Shown: piece after piece, positions 13,905 to 27,746 of the stretch
How positions within the stretch are numbered: position 1 is the first letter of the stretch
How the letters are laid out: every line of letters begins with the position of its first letter
Assembly: GCF_000485595.1 (NCBI RefSeq)
Contig: NW_014577082.1
Coordinates: forward strand, 252,597-307,139
Length of the DNA stretch: 54,543 nucleotides
Direction: 5' to 3'
DNA from: Priapulus caudatus
Lineage: Eukaryota
Notes under the pieces: generated by a model
The model's input: only the letters and a program-made list of their open reading frames with translations
What the model was told of the DNA's origin: nothing
Databases searched by the model: none
Translations under genes and position numbers: made by a program

Positions 13905-15117
13905 TGTGTGCGTGCGTGCGTGTATGTTTTCGTTTAGCAGACGAATTTCTAGTGTAGTGTATATAGTGAAAACTTGTGCTCGCACAGCCAGGTTGCTGTG
14001 TACGTTGATGCTGCATGGAGACGTGCAGTAACGGCACATAGACGCGATACGAGGAGGAGGGGGTATAAACGCCGACTCTATTCCATCGGCGACGGTCGGA
14101 AAACGTGGGAAACAAACGATGTTTGATCACTGATCCTTGATAATAGCATATATTAGATAGGGATGACGGGTGGGGGGAGGGACCATTGTCAGGTTTGTGA
14201 GTGCAATATTATCAAGAGTCCATAACAGGAAAAATTTTCCAGTATATGGACTCTTGATATTATCTAATAACACTCCTGCGTATAGACCACGTCACTTTGG
14301 TGGAAAATTTATGAAATGTGAACAAACGCATTTACAAATAATAAAAGCGGCGTGTCGCGATTTCAGAAATGCGAGTTTGCCCTGCGAGTGTTGGCGCGGC
14401 GACGTGGCCAGCGGGCACGAGCGTTTGCAAAAGAGCAAACTCGCTAGTGCGAATCGAATGTGTGCTTTGCTGATTTCGTTATAATATCGCTGATTCGGCA
14501 GCCCTTTCCAACTGTTCTACGCTTTCTATCATGTTTTGTTGCCTCACTTTATCTGATCTGTAAAACGAGGACACTATTTGTAAGACTAGCCATAAACCTA
14601 GCCCCAAATTTCTTAATTTTTTTGATAGATGGTGCGTACTGCTGCTGCGACTGCAACCATTACCCAGCCACCCCCTCAAGTGGTCTACCCGTTTTCACTC
14701 CTTTATATTTTTGTCCCATGGGGTGTGATATAATGCGCGCAATTTCTTCAATTCAGGCCCTCGTTGAGACCGAACAGGGAAGAGCGAAACACAAGAGTGT
14801 TCTATCTGAGCAGTTTATATTAGCCGAGTAGAACAAACGCTTTTTCAGAGGAAAATATCGCTGAAGATTATAAAGGCATATGAGTGGGTGTGACTCGCTG
14901 ATTAATTAACTGAGGTTGTTAGGGAGGATGTTATCACACAGTAAACGTGAAAGAGAGAGAGAGGAGGTGGGGAGAAAACGGCGAGGGTAAGAGAGAGAAA
15001 AGAGCTTAAGAGAGCTTAAGAGAGAGAAAGGGAGAGATGAAAAAGAGAAAAGCGATGGCGGGCGAGAGGGTGGGAGAGGCTGAGCAAGAGTGAGAGAGAG
15101 AGAGAGAGAGGGAGAGA

Positions 15118-15172
<55 letters not shown>

Positions 15173-18100
15173 AATTCAGAGCTGTGGTGGGACGCAGCTG
15201 CCTATCTCAACAGGTTCCCCTACCGCCCACCCTTGGACGGAAGGCCCGGTAAATCAAGTACAGTCCTACCCCCCCACCCCCGCCCTGGGGGTGACGCGGT
15301 CAAGCCGGATAAAAAACAATGTCCCCCCTACCTCCACCCGGTGACGGTCGTGTCTGAAGCCGTAGAAACATGTCGCCCTATCCCCCCACCCCGGTGACGT
15401 GATAGCCGTAAAAACAACGTCCCCCTAACCCCCACCCCCGGTGCGTGATAGCCCGTAAAAAACGTCCCTAATCCCCCACCCCCCGGGTTGACGGTCAGGG
15501 CCGTAAAACAAGTCCCCGTACCATCGCACCGCGCCGCGGGTGCGGTCAAGCGCAAAACAAGTCCCCTAGCCCCCACCTCCGGTGGACGGGTTTGAGCCGC
15601 TATTAACATGGAGAACAGACAGAATGCGCGCGATTCCGTGATATGAGCGGCGTTGATCACCTTCATGTGGTACATCATCAGTCGTTAGCGATGCCCGACG
15701 GGTGCTGCGATGCTGCGCTATCGTCTCCACCACCTCCTGTACGATCATGCGACTGAAGACGATGACTGAGTGGCGGAGATGGTCAGCGCAAGGATGATCG
15801 CGTTGGCGGGTCGTCGTACCGGCGAGGCCGTGGGAGGGTCGGGGCGAGGGGGCCGCGCGATGAGGAAGGAGGCGCAGTGGGCAGGATGAAGTGGCGAGTG
15901 AGGCGGTGTGGAGAGGGCGGAGCTGGACCCGGCACGCCAGACGCACCGTGGAGGATAGAGAGAGGATGCGCAGCGGAGAAGAGGTACGACCGAGTGGAGG
16001 ACGAGGACGAGGCGCGAGCGGGAGGAGGAGGCGCGAGCGGACGCGTAGAGAGGGAGGGTGAGCGCGACGGAAGCGGCCGATGGGAGGCGAGGGGGATGAA
16101 GAGGGCGGGAGTGGTTCGAGGGGCAAGCGGGGAGGGGGAGCGAAGTAGAGGGCGAGCGTGAGGAGGGCGAGCGGGGTGGAGTGAGGCGCGACGCGGAAGA
16201 GGTCGCGAGCAGCGCGGAGGAGCGCGAGCGGGGGAGCGCATTAGGAAGCGGCAAGAGGCCGCGAGCAGGGGGAGCGAGAGGGCGAGCGGGCGGGGAGGGA
16301 AAGTGGGCGGTAGAGACTGGGCGAGCCAGGGGGGAGGGGCAGGCCTGGAGAGCGAGAGAGGGGTGAGCGGAGCTGGAAGCGGGAGCGAGGGCAGAGGGCG
16401 AGGAAGGATGGACGCGGAGGAGGGAGGCAGGGCAAGCGGCAGGAGGGAGGGCGAGAAGCAGGGATCCCGCGCATGCATTCATGCAGTGGCGGAGGACGAA
16501 CGACACGGAGAAAGATCCTCGTGCACTCTCCTCAAGCAAGAACCCCCCCCCCCCCAATGCAGGTCGGATGACCGGGACCAGCAGGCACAACAGTGCGGGG
16601 GCGGCTGGGCCCCTGAGCCATTTATAACGCTATTAATTATAGAATTATTATCAATGATCTATACATTATGCCACCAACGTATGCTCCACCATCACATCTC
16701 CACGACTGTACGTTTCAACTCAAATACGCTGTGCCGTTGATGATACAGGCAGCGGCCATGATCATGTGTCAAGCTTGAAATCTCAGGTTGAGCTTAAACA
16801 CCCTGCCGATCCAGTCACTCTCACTGCCTCCGCTAGAGAGGCGTCCTGTTGACCGATACTCACCGGTTACAATACTTGAGGCCGCCAGCTTAACGGAGTG
16901 AAAGCCAGTGGCCGATATCTTCGTAAACTTGGTAAAGTAAGCACCATTCAGGTTTATTGCACGCAGTTCTGCTACTTCCTTATTACACCCATGAAACGAA
17001 ATCAACCACGAAACATTACATGAGCATTGACTGCCTTCATTATAATTACGGTGAGAGTAGAAAGGCAGTGACGGGTACGCGTACAGGCATTGATATAAGA
17101 ACAGCATCGACATATGTCAACCAGCCTTAATTACGGAGTAATGAATGTCTTCCTTCAGCGACTCAGTCGATAAATAACATCAGCGGTTAGTAAATCCAAT
17201 AATTGTCGAAAAAGAATGGCAGGCCAACAAGAAATTGAATAGCCAGCAGCGCAGTGGATTCTGCTAGCAGCATGATAGCAGGCAGCATCAATGACAGCTC
17301 AGTAGAACAGCAGCAGTGACAGCGAAGTAGCGCCCTCCATAAACCGCATAATCATCTCAGCAGCATGGACGAGCCACCACCACCACCACCGACCACCCAC
17401 GTCACACACTCCCTCTTGGTGCCCTGAAAGCCAGCCAGCACGCACCTATATATCCACACCGCCGACCTGCGCAGACAGCGCCCCCTACCTTCTGTGTCTG
17501 CCTATGGGATGCAGAGCAGTTGCGGCGTTCGGTCAAGGCCGGGTGGCTTCCAGTCGACGCCGCTTGTCAGAAGAGTGGGTTGCGAGTAGGGTCGCGAACT
17601 CCCGGTTGGCGAGTGGCCCGCGATGCCCTGGCTCCTCGCGGCAACGCACTTCGCTCGCTGCAAGATCGCACGCACTGATACATGCTCTCAACGATGGCCC
17701 GCGCACCGCAACGAAAATTCCCGCGGCGAGATGCTGTAGTGAACATTTGCCACCCGCCGGCGATGATGCTGTAAAGATAAGAACATTATATGCACGCCGA
17801 TAAGCGGACAAAGCCACCCCGCGATGATGCTGTAGTGAACATTTAGCCACCCGCCGGCGATGATGCTGTAGTGAACATTTAGCCACCCGCCGGCAAGCTG
17901 GACGGGCGAACATTTAGCACCGCCGCGATGATGGCTGTATGTGTAACATTTAGTTGTCACGCGCCCCCTCTCCCCATACCCAGATACCGACGCCGTCATA
18001 TGTCGTAGCTGGCATATTTTTTATACGCAATGTCGGCAATACCATTATTATTACATTTGATTCACCTCCATGCCACAACCGCGCTTTTCCACCGTCCTCC

Positions 18101-21100
18101 TCCCGCTGACACACTCTCCTACCACCCGCTTACAACCTCCCCCCCGGCCTACTCGATGCGCAATTCATCTACATGCACTGACCTCACATCTCTCCACATC
18201 CGCGTACCTTGACCATTCGTCGCCCTGCCTTACTCTCTATATATCTATTACTGCCCTCCTCACCCCTCCCTCCCGCTCATCACCTCTCCCCTCTCCTGAC
18301 CGCCTCCGGCGTTCTCGTCGCTCGTGTGGCACCTTTGCCCGGCACACACCTCTGCTCGTTGCGTCTGCACTCCGCCCCCATCTTACGCAGCCGACCTCGT
18401 CACGTTCTCACTCTCTTCTCGCCTTCCGAATGAGCATACCCTCTCTCCTCACCGTACGCATTCCTCCCCTCTCCAATACTCGCAGCTTTCGGCCCTTCCC
18501 TGTTGTCCTGCAGCACTTACTCCTGATCTCTGCTCCTCATGTCAAAGTACCTTTGCCCATCTCGACGTTTCGTCTCTCGTTCCCTTGTCAGCAGGAACTA
18601 TCAGCCCGTGAATACAGCTGAATAATGTGTGAGGATGACTGCGTGTACCCACTATCGCCAAACGCGTTGTCATCTGATTATGTTCAAAGGGAAAACTTAA
18701 TTCTAGGTTACGCGACGCGCAGCGGCGGAACTGCACCCAGAATTTTATTAGCGGTTTTCATGCTTAGAGGCGCACCGCAGGGAAATTTCCTGAAAAGCTT
18801 CTCGGCTTAATAAAATAGCTTTTAAATCGCATTCCTAATAATCTCTTTGTTTACAAAAAACACACTTTAAAAGATTGTTGGAAAAGGTTCGCAGCCAGTT
18901 CCAACCTCTGAAACATTTACCGTCATCATGATCGCGTATAACCGCGGCGCCGCTATAAGCCGCACCTTAAATTTTGAATCGAGTGGTAACCAAGATATTG
19001 CGCTAGTATATTTACCTCACGGCTTATGGCCACTTATAAACCGACAGAGCAAATTACAGGGTTGAAATCTGAGGCCAAATTTCGGCGGTTAGTAATTTAC
19101 GCGAAGTATATTACGGTAGAGCAGACAATGATGCAGCCAGCTAGTCCTGTATAATACTCGTAGCTGTAAACGAAGCAGCGGAATTCTCAATTAACTCTCC
19201 GGTTTAGATTTGACAGCATACTCATTGTTTCGTTAACCACACTGTATCGATAATTCTGACATGCCAACATGAATCGAGGTATCGATGCCTGCTCAAACAC
19301 ATCATTTTGGCAGGTGACCAACGATCCTGGGCGAATATGCCAATAGAGCTGTTATTGCAATATTTCAGGAAATGCGAGTGCCTTCTGCGAGAATGCAGTT
19401 ACTAGATACCACCCAAAATGTAACACGGTGAACAAAACCAAGGTGACTCTTTAACATCTACGAGGACATTTTTTACCAAAACTTCATGATGCAATGAAGC
19501 CAGCCACGGAATCTGCTTAATGGCTTTGAATTAGCCTTACATTGCCTTCTCACGACTGGACAGTGCAAGTTCAATTTGCATTCAACTTAGTAATTCACCA
19601 CACAATACTTTCCACACATATAATAGACGTTAAATAACAGTTTAGCAAGTATTTTTAACAGTTTACTCTGGATGTAGGTCAAGATCTGCTTCAAAATAAA
19701 CGTTTTTCTAGCTATAATATTACTACATTATACCCAGTTGAAGTAATGCACTTCTGCTAAATACAGACAATAAAAACAGCAACGATAGCACATATGAATT
19801 GACCAAAGCAAAGTAATATCTCAGACACTTTTGTCACTTCAACGGGCATGCCGCCCCGACCGGAGAGCAATAAAGCAAACCCAAACCTATTCACACCAGT
19901 CACGCAAACAGAACAGCTATACAATGAACAAATCCGCAAACAAAACTAGAGAAACATTAATCTAAATACAACTATCAAACTAAATACATATCCTCGGCCC
20001 TTTCTCGCCCACCTGACCTTCGCCTGAGTGACCCGATGTCTCGCCTTTTGCACTGATTTCCTTTAGCAGGTACGGTCAGTCCTCTGTAACACACCGGGTG
20101 AGAGGTATGTAAAGCCAGAGCGACACAACGCCTCGCGACCCGCTTCTCACGAGCAACAACTAACCTGCCAGCCACAAAGTGCCAGACACAAATCGTTTTC
20201 AGCGCGCATTCGCTCGGGACCCGTACAAAGATCGAGAGCAGCGAATACCGGGCAGAATTTTCTCTTACACGGAAAAACTTTGAATCTTTCCTGTACACTT
20301 CGAGCGTGACCGGCGGAGGAAACCAAACGGGCATCTTCCACGGACATGATGCTTCTGTTCGTATTCGGAGATCGTTGTTGGCGGGAATCAATACAGCGTT
20401 AAGGAGGTGAACCCTTATTTGTCTTTGCTGATACCCTCATTTAGATCTGGGCGAGAGAGACAACTCGGCTTCAGCATATAACTGAGTGTTTTTCCTCGCC
20501 AGTGTGTTTAGAGCAACATTGAGAACCAGTTCGAGAGGGAAATGGCATCCGCGATTGATGGTAAATGGCCGAACTCGATCGATTATCGCGATGGATTCGC
20601 GGGATTAAATAACAACAAGCAGTAAGATGACTGAAAGTGGCTCGTCGCTGAAATCGATCGTCATTAAAAAGGGGGAGCGTTCAGCATCTGCGCAAGCAAG
20701 CACTTGCACACGGTAATCACTGTTCGGACCGATACGTACGCACTATTCGCTATCACACGTGCGATGGTGTATCGTCATACATTGACAATCCTCCCCCTCG
20801 GATCAGTCGAATGTTTTACGCAAACACGGCTCTAACGGGAATTATGCCACGAACGTTATCCGTAAATCTTCCCCCCGGTTTGAAAAAATATGACATAAAT
20901 ATATAAATTATATATATATATACGTTTTTAAATATATATGCTCTAGCGCGATCTGTCCTGGTCACATTCGGGCCATGCAGTGGGACGACCGGTCGGAAGA
21001 AAGTAAAGAATTATGCGATACCCAGTCGGTAGGGCTCGGAGACCGGGATGATCGGTATGCTGCTAGGGCGCCCTGTTCTCCAGTTGATGAGGTGGGTAAC

Positions 21101-24100
21101 GGACGGAGTTATCACAACGTGCATGGCATGAGTCCTGACCGAGCGAGGGGAATCGCGACAGGCGAGAGTGATCGAGAGGAAGGTCCCACCCGGGGTTCCT
21201 CATCGGCCCATATCCTCCGGTACATCGAAACCATAGTTCCGCGAGCATTCCTGTAATATCTCAGCAGCATCCTCATCTTTTGCTCCAGCATCCGTGGCGG
21301 AGCGCAGCGCGCGATATCGCCTGAAGTCTCACATGCGACGGGTGAGGTCAATCATCGGATGCTAGTCGGCGGCGTCCGGTTGGCGCCCTTCGCCCGCAGT
21401 CGACCACGGTGTCCAAGCTGCGCATGAGTTCGCAGCGCCCCTGAGGCTCAGACTATTGCGTCCTCNNNNNNNNNNCACCGTCACCAGGGGTGGGGGGTAG
21501 GGAGACATTGTTTTGCGGCTTGACCGTCACCGGGGGTGGGGGCCTGAGCAACTTTTGAGCAGGCCTGGCTAATTTTTCATGGATTTTACGATAGGCCGTA
21601 TAGTGGAAATCTAAATTTTCGAAAATCAGGAGTGGCTGGGTTTTCAAACTTATTTCCATCACTGTAAGAGTGGTGCGAGACTGCGATTGCCTTGTTATTA
21701 ATGGATTCAAGATTGGTCATTTGGGTAATTTTATACAAGGATTGCCTATTGTGTATGATTTGCTGTGGGTGATCTAGCATGTATTATCTATTATCTGTGA
21801 TCTGTCTTCTACGATCTATTATGTATGATATATGATGTATAAGCTGTCATGTATAATGTATAATGTGTGGTCTCATGTATATATTATCTATTATCTCTGA
21901 TCTATCATGCAAATGATCTATCGTTAATGGTTCATCGTGTATAATATATCATGTGTGATGTGATATGTTATGCATACTCCATCATGTCTATGATCAATTA
22001 TGTCTATGATCTATTATGTATATGATCTCATTCTGTCATGTATATTATATCATGTATGATCTAATAGCTGTGATCTACTATATATGACCCAACATGTATA
22101 ATCAGTCATGCGTGACGTAACATGTGAAGTGATCTATCATGCATGATCGATAATATATATGATAACAATAACATAGCCGTGTGTAGTATTTGTAAGCAGG
22201 ACCCGGTGACTGATAATCGTTTATTGATTATTGATTGCTGAACGATTCAGGTGACGGAAAAGGAGTACTCAACTTTGTCTGCCTGTGATATTCCGCCGCG
22301 GGATCGGTGGGGCGCAAGCTTCACCCGGTTCCCGTTCCTTCCTCGTTGCATGACAAGGGACGAGACACTAATGGTCAGTGAGCCTGCTTTGTTGGTTTTC
22401 TCTCACGCATAGCTTGAGCTCACGATGTTGCAGTGCATTAGGGCAGCATGTGGTTGCCGTGACTCATACTACTAGTTGTGACGGCAGGTGTAGATCCAGG
22501 AACTATGAAAGCAGGGTTGGTAAAAATAGAATGAATGAGACTAGACCATTCTGGATCCACACTAGACTCTCCTGGTTCCACACTAGATCCTTCTGGATCC
22601 ACACTAGATCCTCCTGGATCCACACTAGACCCTCTTGGATCCACACTATATCATCCTGTGATCCACACTAAAAGAAAAAAATCCTCATACGATCCCACAC
22701 TACACTTACACCTAGGGTCTTGCCCCAGGATCCCCCATATCATCTGTTTATGGATCGCGACCTAGCTGCTTGGCGGCCACAAGCATCAGGAAATACAACA
22801 GAATGCGGAATATCGGATGGGAATGTGGAGAAGAGAGTTCTGTAGAATGGAGCAGTTATATGTGTATTTGAGCATCCAGGAATACAACCAGAGATTGCGG
22901 AATATCGGAGGAAATTGTGGATGAGAGAGAGTCATGCTAGAATTTTTTTGAGAGTATTGTGGATGCGCATCAGGAATACAACAGAATGGGGAATATGCGG
23001 ATGGGAAATTGTGGAGAGCAGAGTCTGTAGACGTCGAGAGTATATGTTGGATAGCATCGTAGGAATACAACAGAATGGCGAATAGTGGAGCGCGAAATTG
23101 TGGAGAGAGAATCCTGCGCTAGAATTTGGAGAGTATATGTGGATAGCATCAGGATACAACAGATATTGGGAATAGTTTGAGCGGGAATTGTCTGGAGAGA
23201 GAGCTCTGTTAGAATTGCAGAGTAATATGTGATAGACATCAGGAATACAACAGAATGCGAATAGTGGAGGGGAAATTGTGGAGTGGGAGGTCTAGAATTG
23301 ACAGTATATGTTGGCATAGCACCAGTTAAGTACAACAGAATGGCGAATAGTTGGAGGGGAATTGTTGGAGAGAGAGTCTGTAGAATTTGAGAGTATATGA
23401 TGGATAGCCATCAGCGAATACACAGAATGGGGAATAGTGGAGGGCGAATTGTGGAGAGAGAGTCTGTAGAATTGAGAGTATATGTGGATAGCATCAGGAA
23501 TACAACAGGAATTGGAATAGTGGAGGGATAAATTTGGAGAGGAGAGTCTGTAGAATTTGTAGAGTATATGATGGCAATAGCATCAGGAATACAACAGAAT
23601 GGGAATAGCGACGGAATAATTGTGCGTAGAGAGAGCGCCGTGAAACGAAAAGTAGGGGAGCGGAGTGGACAGTATCCGCAGTGGAATGCGGTGGTGGATG
23701 TTTCGCCTTGATTGGTGTGGGTTGCTAATTTACGCTATCTCTCGGCTCGAGTGCATGTTTGACGATGTTGAGGACATGGGTTTCCTACATGCGCTCAGGA
23801 TCGAGAGAAACACGCTGGCCAGGTAGCATCGCGCGATCACGCTCGCAGCATTCACCTCCCCTCGTACGGGGTGACGCGATCACGCTCACAGCATCACCTC
23901 CCTCGTACACGTGGACGCGATCACGCTCGCAGGTCATCACCTCCCCTCGTACGCGTGACGCGATCACGCTCGCCGCATCACCTCCCCTCGTACACGTGAC
24001 GCGATCACACTTCACAGCATCACCTCCCTCGTACGCGTGACGCGATCACGCTCGCAGCATCACCTCCCTCCGTACGCGCTTTGACACGATCACGCTTTCA

Positions 24101-27100
24101 CAGCAATTCACCTCCCTCGTACGGCGTGACGCGATCCACGCTCGCAGCATTCACCTCCCTCGTACGCGTGACGCGATCACGCTCGCAGCATCACCTCCCT
24201 CGTACACGTGGACGCGCATCACACTCAACAGCATTCACCTCCCTCGTACGCGTTGGACTCCGATCACGCTGCCGGCCAGCATCCACCTCCCCTCGTCCAG
24301 CGCTGACACGCATCAACCGCTCCAGATCACCTCCCCTCGTATCGCGTGACGCGATCACGCTCGCCAGCATCAACCTTCCCCTCGTACGGTGCGCTGATCA
24401 CGCTCGCAGCCATCACCTCCCCTCAAGCTAGGTTGACGCGGATTCACGCTCGCAGCATGCACCTTCCCTCGCTTATGCGTGGACGATTGCCGATCACTCG
24501 CAGCATCACCTCCCCTCGTACCCGCGCTGACCTCCACCGAGCGACGATCGCTCCGCGCATCTAGCTGCATTGTCGTGTTGCGCGCTGAAGCCATGAACCA
24601 TGAACCATAACGCTGTTCATCGTGTGATGCTGTTGTGAGGCTGTGGTAAAAAGTTTGCGCCATATTTACGCAGATGCTAACAGCATCAGTACCAGCCTCA
24701 TTCTCTTCTCGCTGGCATCGGATTTAGTTGTCTCAACGTTCTCTTTTATATTGATGACCTAAGCCCGTTCGAGAATAATTTGTCATTCCGTGGCTTTATA
24801 TGCTCACTAACTTATTAAGTGGTCGTATCAGCAACTTTAGTGTTTCAGTTTGACTCTCAAGTTGTTCTGTGGCTAATAATGGTATTTTATAGCGTATTGG
24901 TAGTTTTCGTGATTGCGTCCTTCCTAAACATGAGTTTAATTGGAATATGTCTGTGCAACAGGTTCATAATAATGGTAAAGAAGGGCTACAGAGACGTCCC
25001 CTACCACAACTGGTACCATGCCTTTGCTGTCACGCACTTCTGCTACCTGCTGTATAAAAATCTCCCGTTAAATGATTACCTCACGTAAGTATGCTACCTG
25101 GTATATATATATATGGGATGTAATATAATAATATAAGTGTATATGGTCACTTATGCCGTCTGTGAGCCATTAATCGCTCGAACAATAAATCCATCGAAGA
25201 GCATAACACATTATTGTTAAATTCATCCCAAAAAAATGCTGTGAAGTGTAGTTTGCATAGATGTCTTACCAATATATTGGATGTCAGCCATTTTATACTG
25301 ATCAGCAGGGTTTTTTTTATGTTGAAACTGGTTTCCCCGATATAAAGGTGTAATTAGTGTTCATATACGCATTACCATTTCTTGATTGCCACCTAATTTC
25401 GTTAATAGATTTTGGCACGTTGATATGAATTTTGGTTTATTTGCATACGATTTTGCATTCAGTCACTCTGGAATCACTGTGTAAATCTTACTCTGCACAC
25501 AAATGATGTGAACATTGGAACTCAAGGCAGCATTTGTGTTGGGTTTATCTGATCCAAACATGTTCATGCACGCGGTGCTTGAATAGAACACTTATTTGAT
25601 TAGACACATTATGGATTTTAGTGAAAAGCAGCGTTAAAGATCAAATATCAAAGAGTATAACAGAAAAGCAAGTATAAGGGTATTTAATAGAAAATAAGGA
25701 CAAATAACCAAAAATCAATGTGATTTATCTCTGTTTGCATTAAATCTGTGTTGAAATTGTGAAGAATAAGTTATTTGTGTGGTAATGTAGTTACGCGTAA
25801 TATGGTTTTGCATAGAAAATCTGGTTTCATTTTCTCCCAATCGTGTAGGTATTACAACTTTTAGTATTAAACATTGTGGCGCCACCTAGTGGAAAGGTAC
25901 TATAGATAGTTTACAATGGCTGATAATGTGTCAGTTTATACTATAAAGTATCAATATTTTACTAAATTCACTTGCGGTAGGTGATGAGAGAAAAAGTGAA
26001 ACATGAGTGGTGGATAGTAGAGCAATTTTTCAGATAATTCCCCAAATATGTCTTTGTTTACATGTAATATCATTCAATAATATACAACAGACATTTAATA
26101 ATATATATTTTTGGCTTTAATTTGGAATAACATTCACGCGGATCTATTCTTTCTGTATTCTTTTACAGTGAGATGGAGATCTTTGCTCTGTTTGTAGCGT
26201 GTATGTGTCACGACCTGGACCACCGTGGTACGAACAACTCTTTCCAGGTACGACCCCTCCGATGCCTTCATTCTCATTGTGGCTTCACAAAAACCATAAC
26301 CATGTTATAAAATATGATACATGTTACATTACATGATGTGTAACTGGCAATGTACAGTGCGTGATGAAACCAAAATGAGATAATCATATCCTATTTAACA
26401 CTAGTGATTGCATTAAAATTATATTGGTAATTCTAAAGAATTTGTACGAAAATGTTACGTCTTCTCCTTGCGCACAGCCGTGATTCGTTCCTGTAGGTTA
26501 CACCTGGGTTTTTTAATGCTGCTCAGGTACAATCGCAGTCCATCTTGGCAGCACTGTACAGTTCTGAGGGCTCTGTCATGGAGCAGCATCACTTTGCACA
26601 GGCGATGTGCATCATCAACATGCAAGGTTCCAACATCTTTGGAAATCTGTCCAGCAAGGTACAGGCATTTTCTCACCCACTGATTCTCAACTGATTTAAT
26701 AGATGAAGTCCTAGGTGTGAGAGTGTTTAGCATTACTATTAAGTCTACCATAGCTAACTCAATTCAATTCAACTTAAAGAATTGGGAGAGGCAAAGCCAT
26801 GTGTGGTATGTGTTGAAAATGAATTGAATGATTGTGAATTGAAAAACTATTGCGGTACTATTGTGATACTATTGATGTATTATTTAAATTGTGTATTTTA
26901 TTTTTTATTGCATCAAGCTTTGCTATGGTTCACATTATTTATGAGGCGTGTGCCCTGTCATTCCACTCACATACTTCTGCATAGCCAGTGAGCTAGTTGA
27001 GTGGATCAGTCATAGATGACAGGGGGCAGTCTAATTATTTGCATCATTGAAGTGTCGGTAATAGATTTTAAGTGTACTTACGTGCGAAAATTTTTTTTTT

Positions 27101-27412
27101 TAGCAGTAATAACAAACTAATCTGGTCTTAACATTGCAACTATAAAAAACTATCGATTGTCCACTGAACCATCGGTGATAGTTATAGATGTTTGAATTTG
27201 CTATCAATGCATCGCTCTCGAGCCAAACCCTGTTTCGCTTGGTCGCTGGTTCTGTGCGTCGTTACACTGCTAGTCGTTTTGCTGCTTGCAGGAGTACCAG
27301 CAGGTGCTTGACCTGATGCGAGACATCATACTTGCTACCGACGTCTCTCACCACCTGCTCATCATGCCTGAGCTCGAGACAATGGCTGACGGTACGTGCA
27401 TGCGTGTGTGAG

Positions 27413-27448
<36 letters not shown>

Positions 27449-27715
27449 TGAGTGCGTCGTGTGTGTACGCGTAGAATTCGCAAATTGAAGGCAATTGCTT
27501 CTCCTATTTTCACAGTTGGGCTTTGTATCTTGCACAGCTAAAAACTGCATCTTATTCAACAATTTCTCTAAAAAAATATGTGCGACACCATTCGTCCATG
27601 GTGTACCTGTACGATTCAGTAATGCTAGTCACGGTGTAGCTTGGAACATATTTTAGTCCGGACTATCGTACCAATATTTTGGTCTGGCAGAAATTACGAG
27701 AGGGCAAAGATTGAA

Positions 27716-27746
<31 letters not shown>

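Larger units (their letters stand above)
15175..21465 (-). other. Inverted, indel-rich copy of the PDE2 segment ~7365-13230 plus the next exon (probable mis-oriented raw-read/haplotype contig)
   Basis: Reverse complement aligns to 7365-9990 and carries degraded exon copies at ~20018-20083, ~18455-18617, ~17489-17657 and ~16864-16990, plus the MMYHMK exon. Ends at the N-gap 21466-21475. Confidence 0.85.

Noticed and set aside
15566..16590. Pro/Ser/Leu-rich ORFs up to 281 aa, and similar ones at 18030-18621 and 31094-32021
   Set aside because: Purine/pyrimidine low-complexity tracts, partly in the noisy inverted block; no domain signal.
16769..17113. Second, antisense PDE2 paralogue (LNGAYFTKF)
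   Set aside because: Indel-ridden copy of exon 13100-13212 including intron sequence; part of the inverted block.
22780..24545. Regular repeat arrays that look like CRISPR
   Set aside because: Head-to-tail units without unique spacers, no cas genes, eukaryotic intron context.
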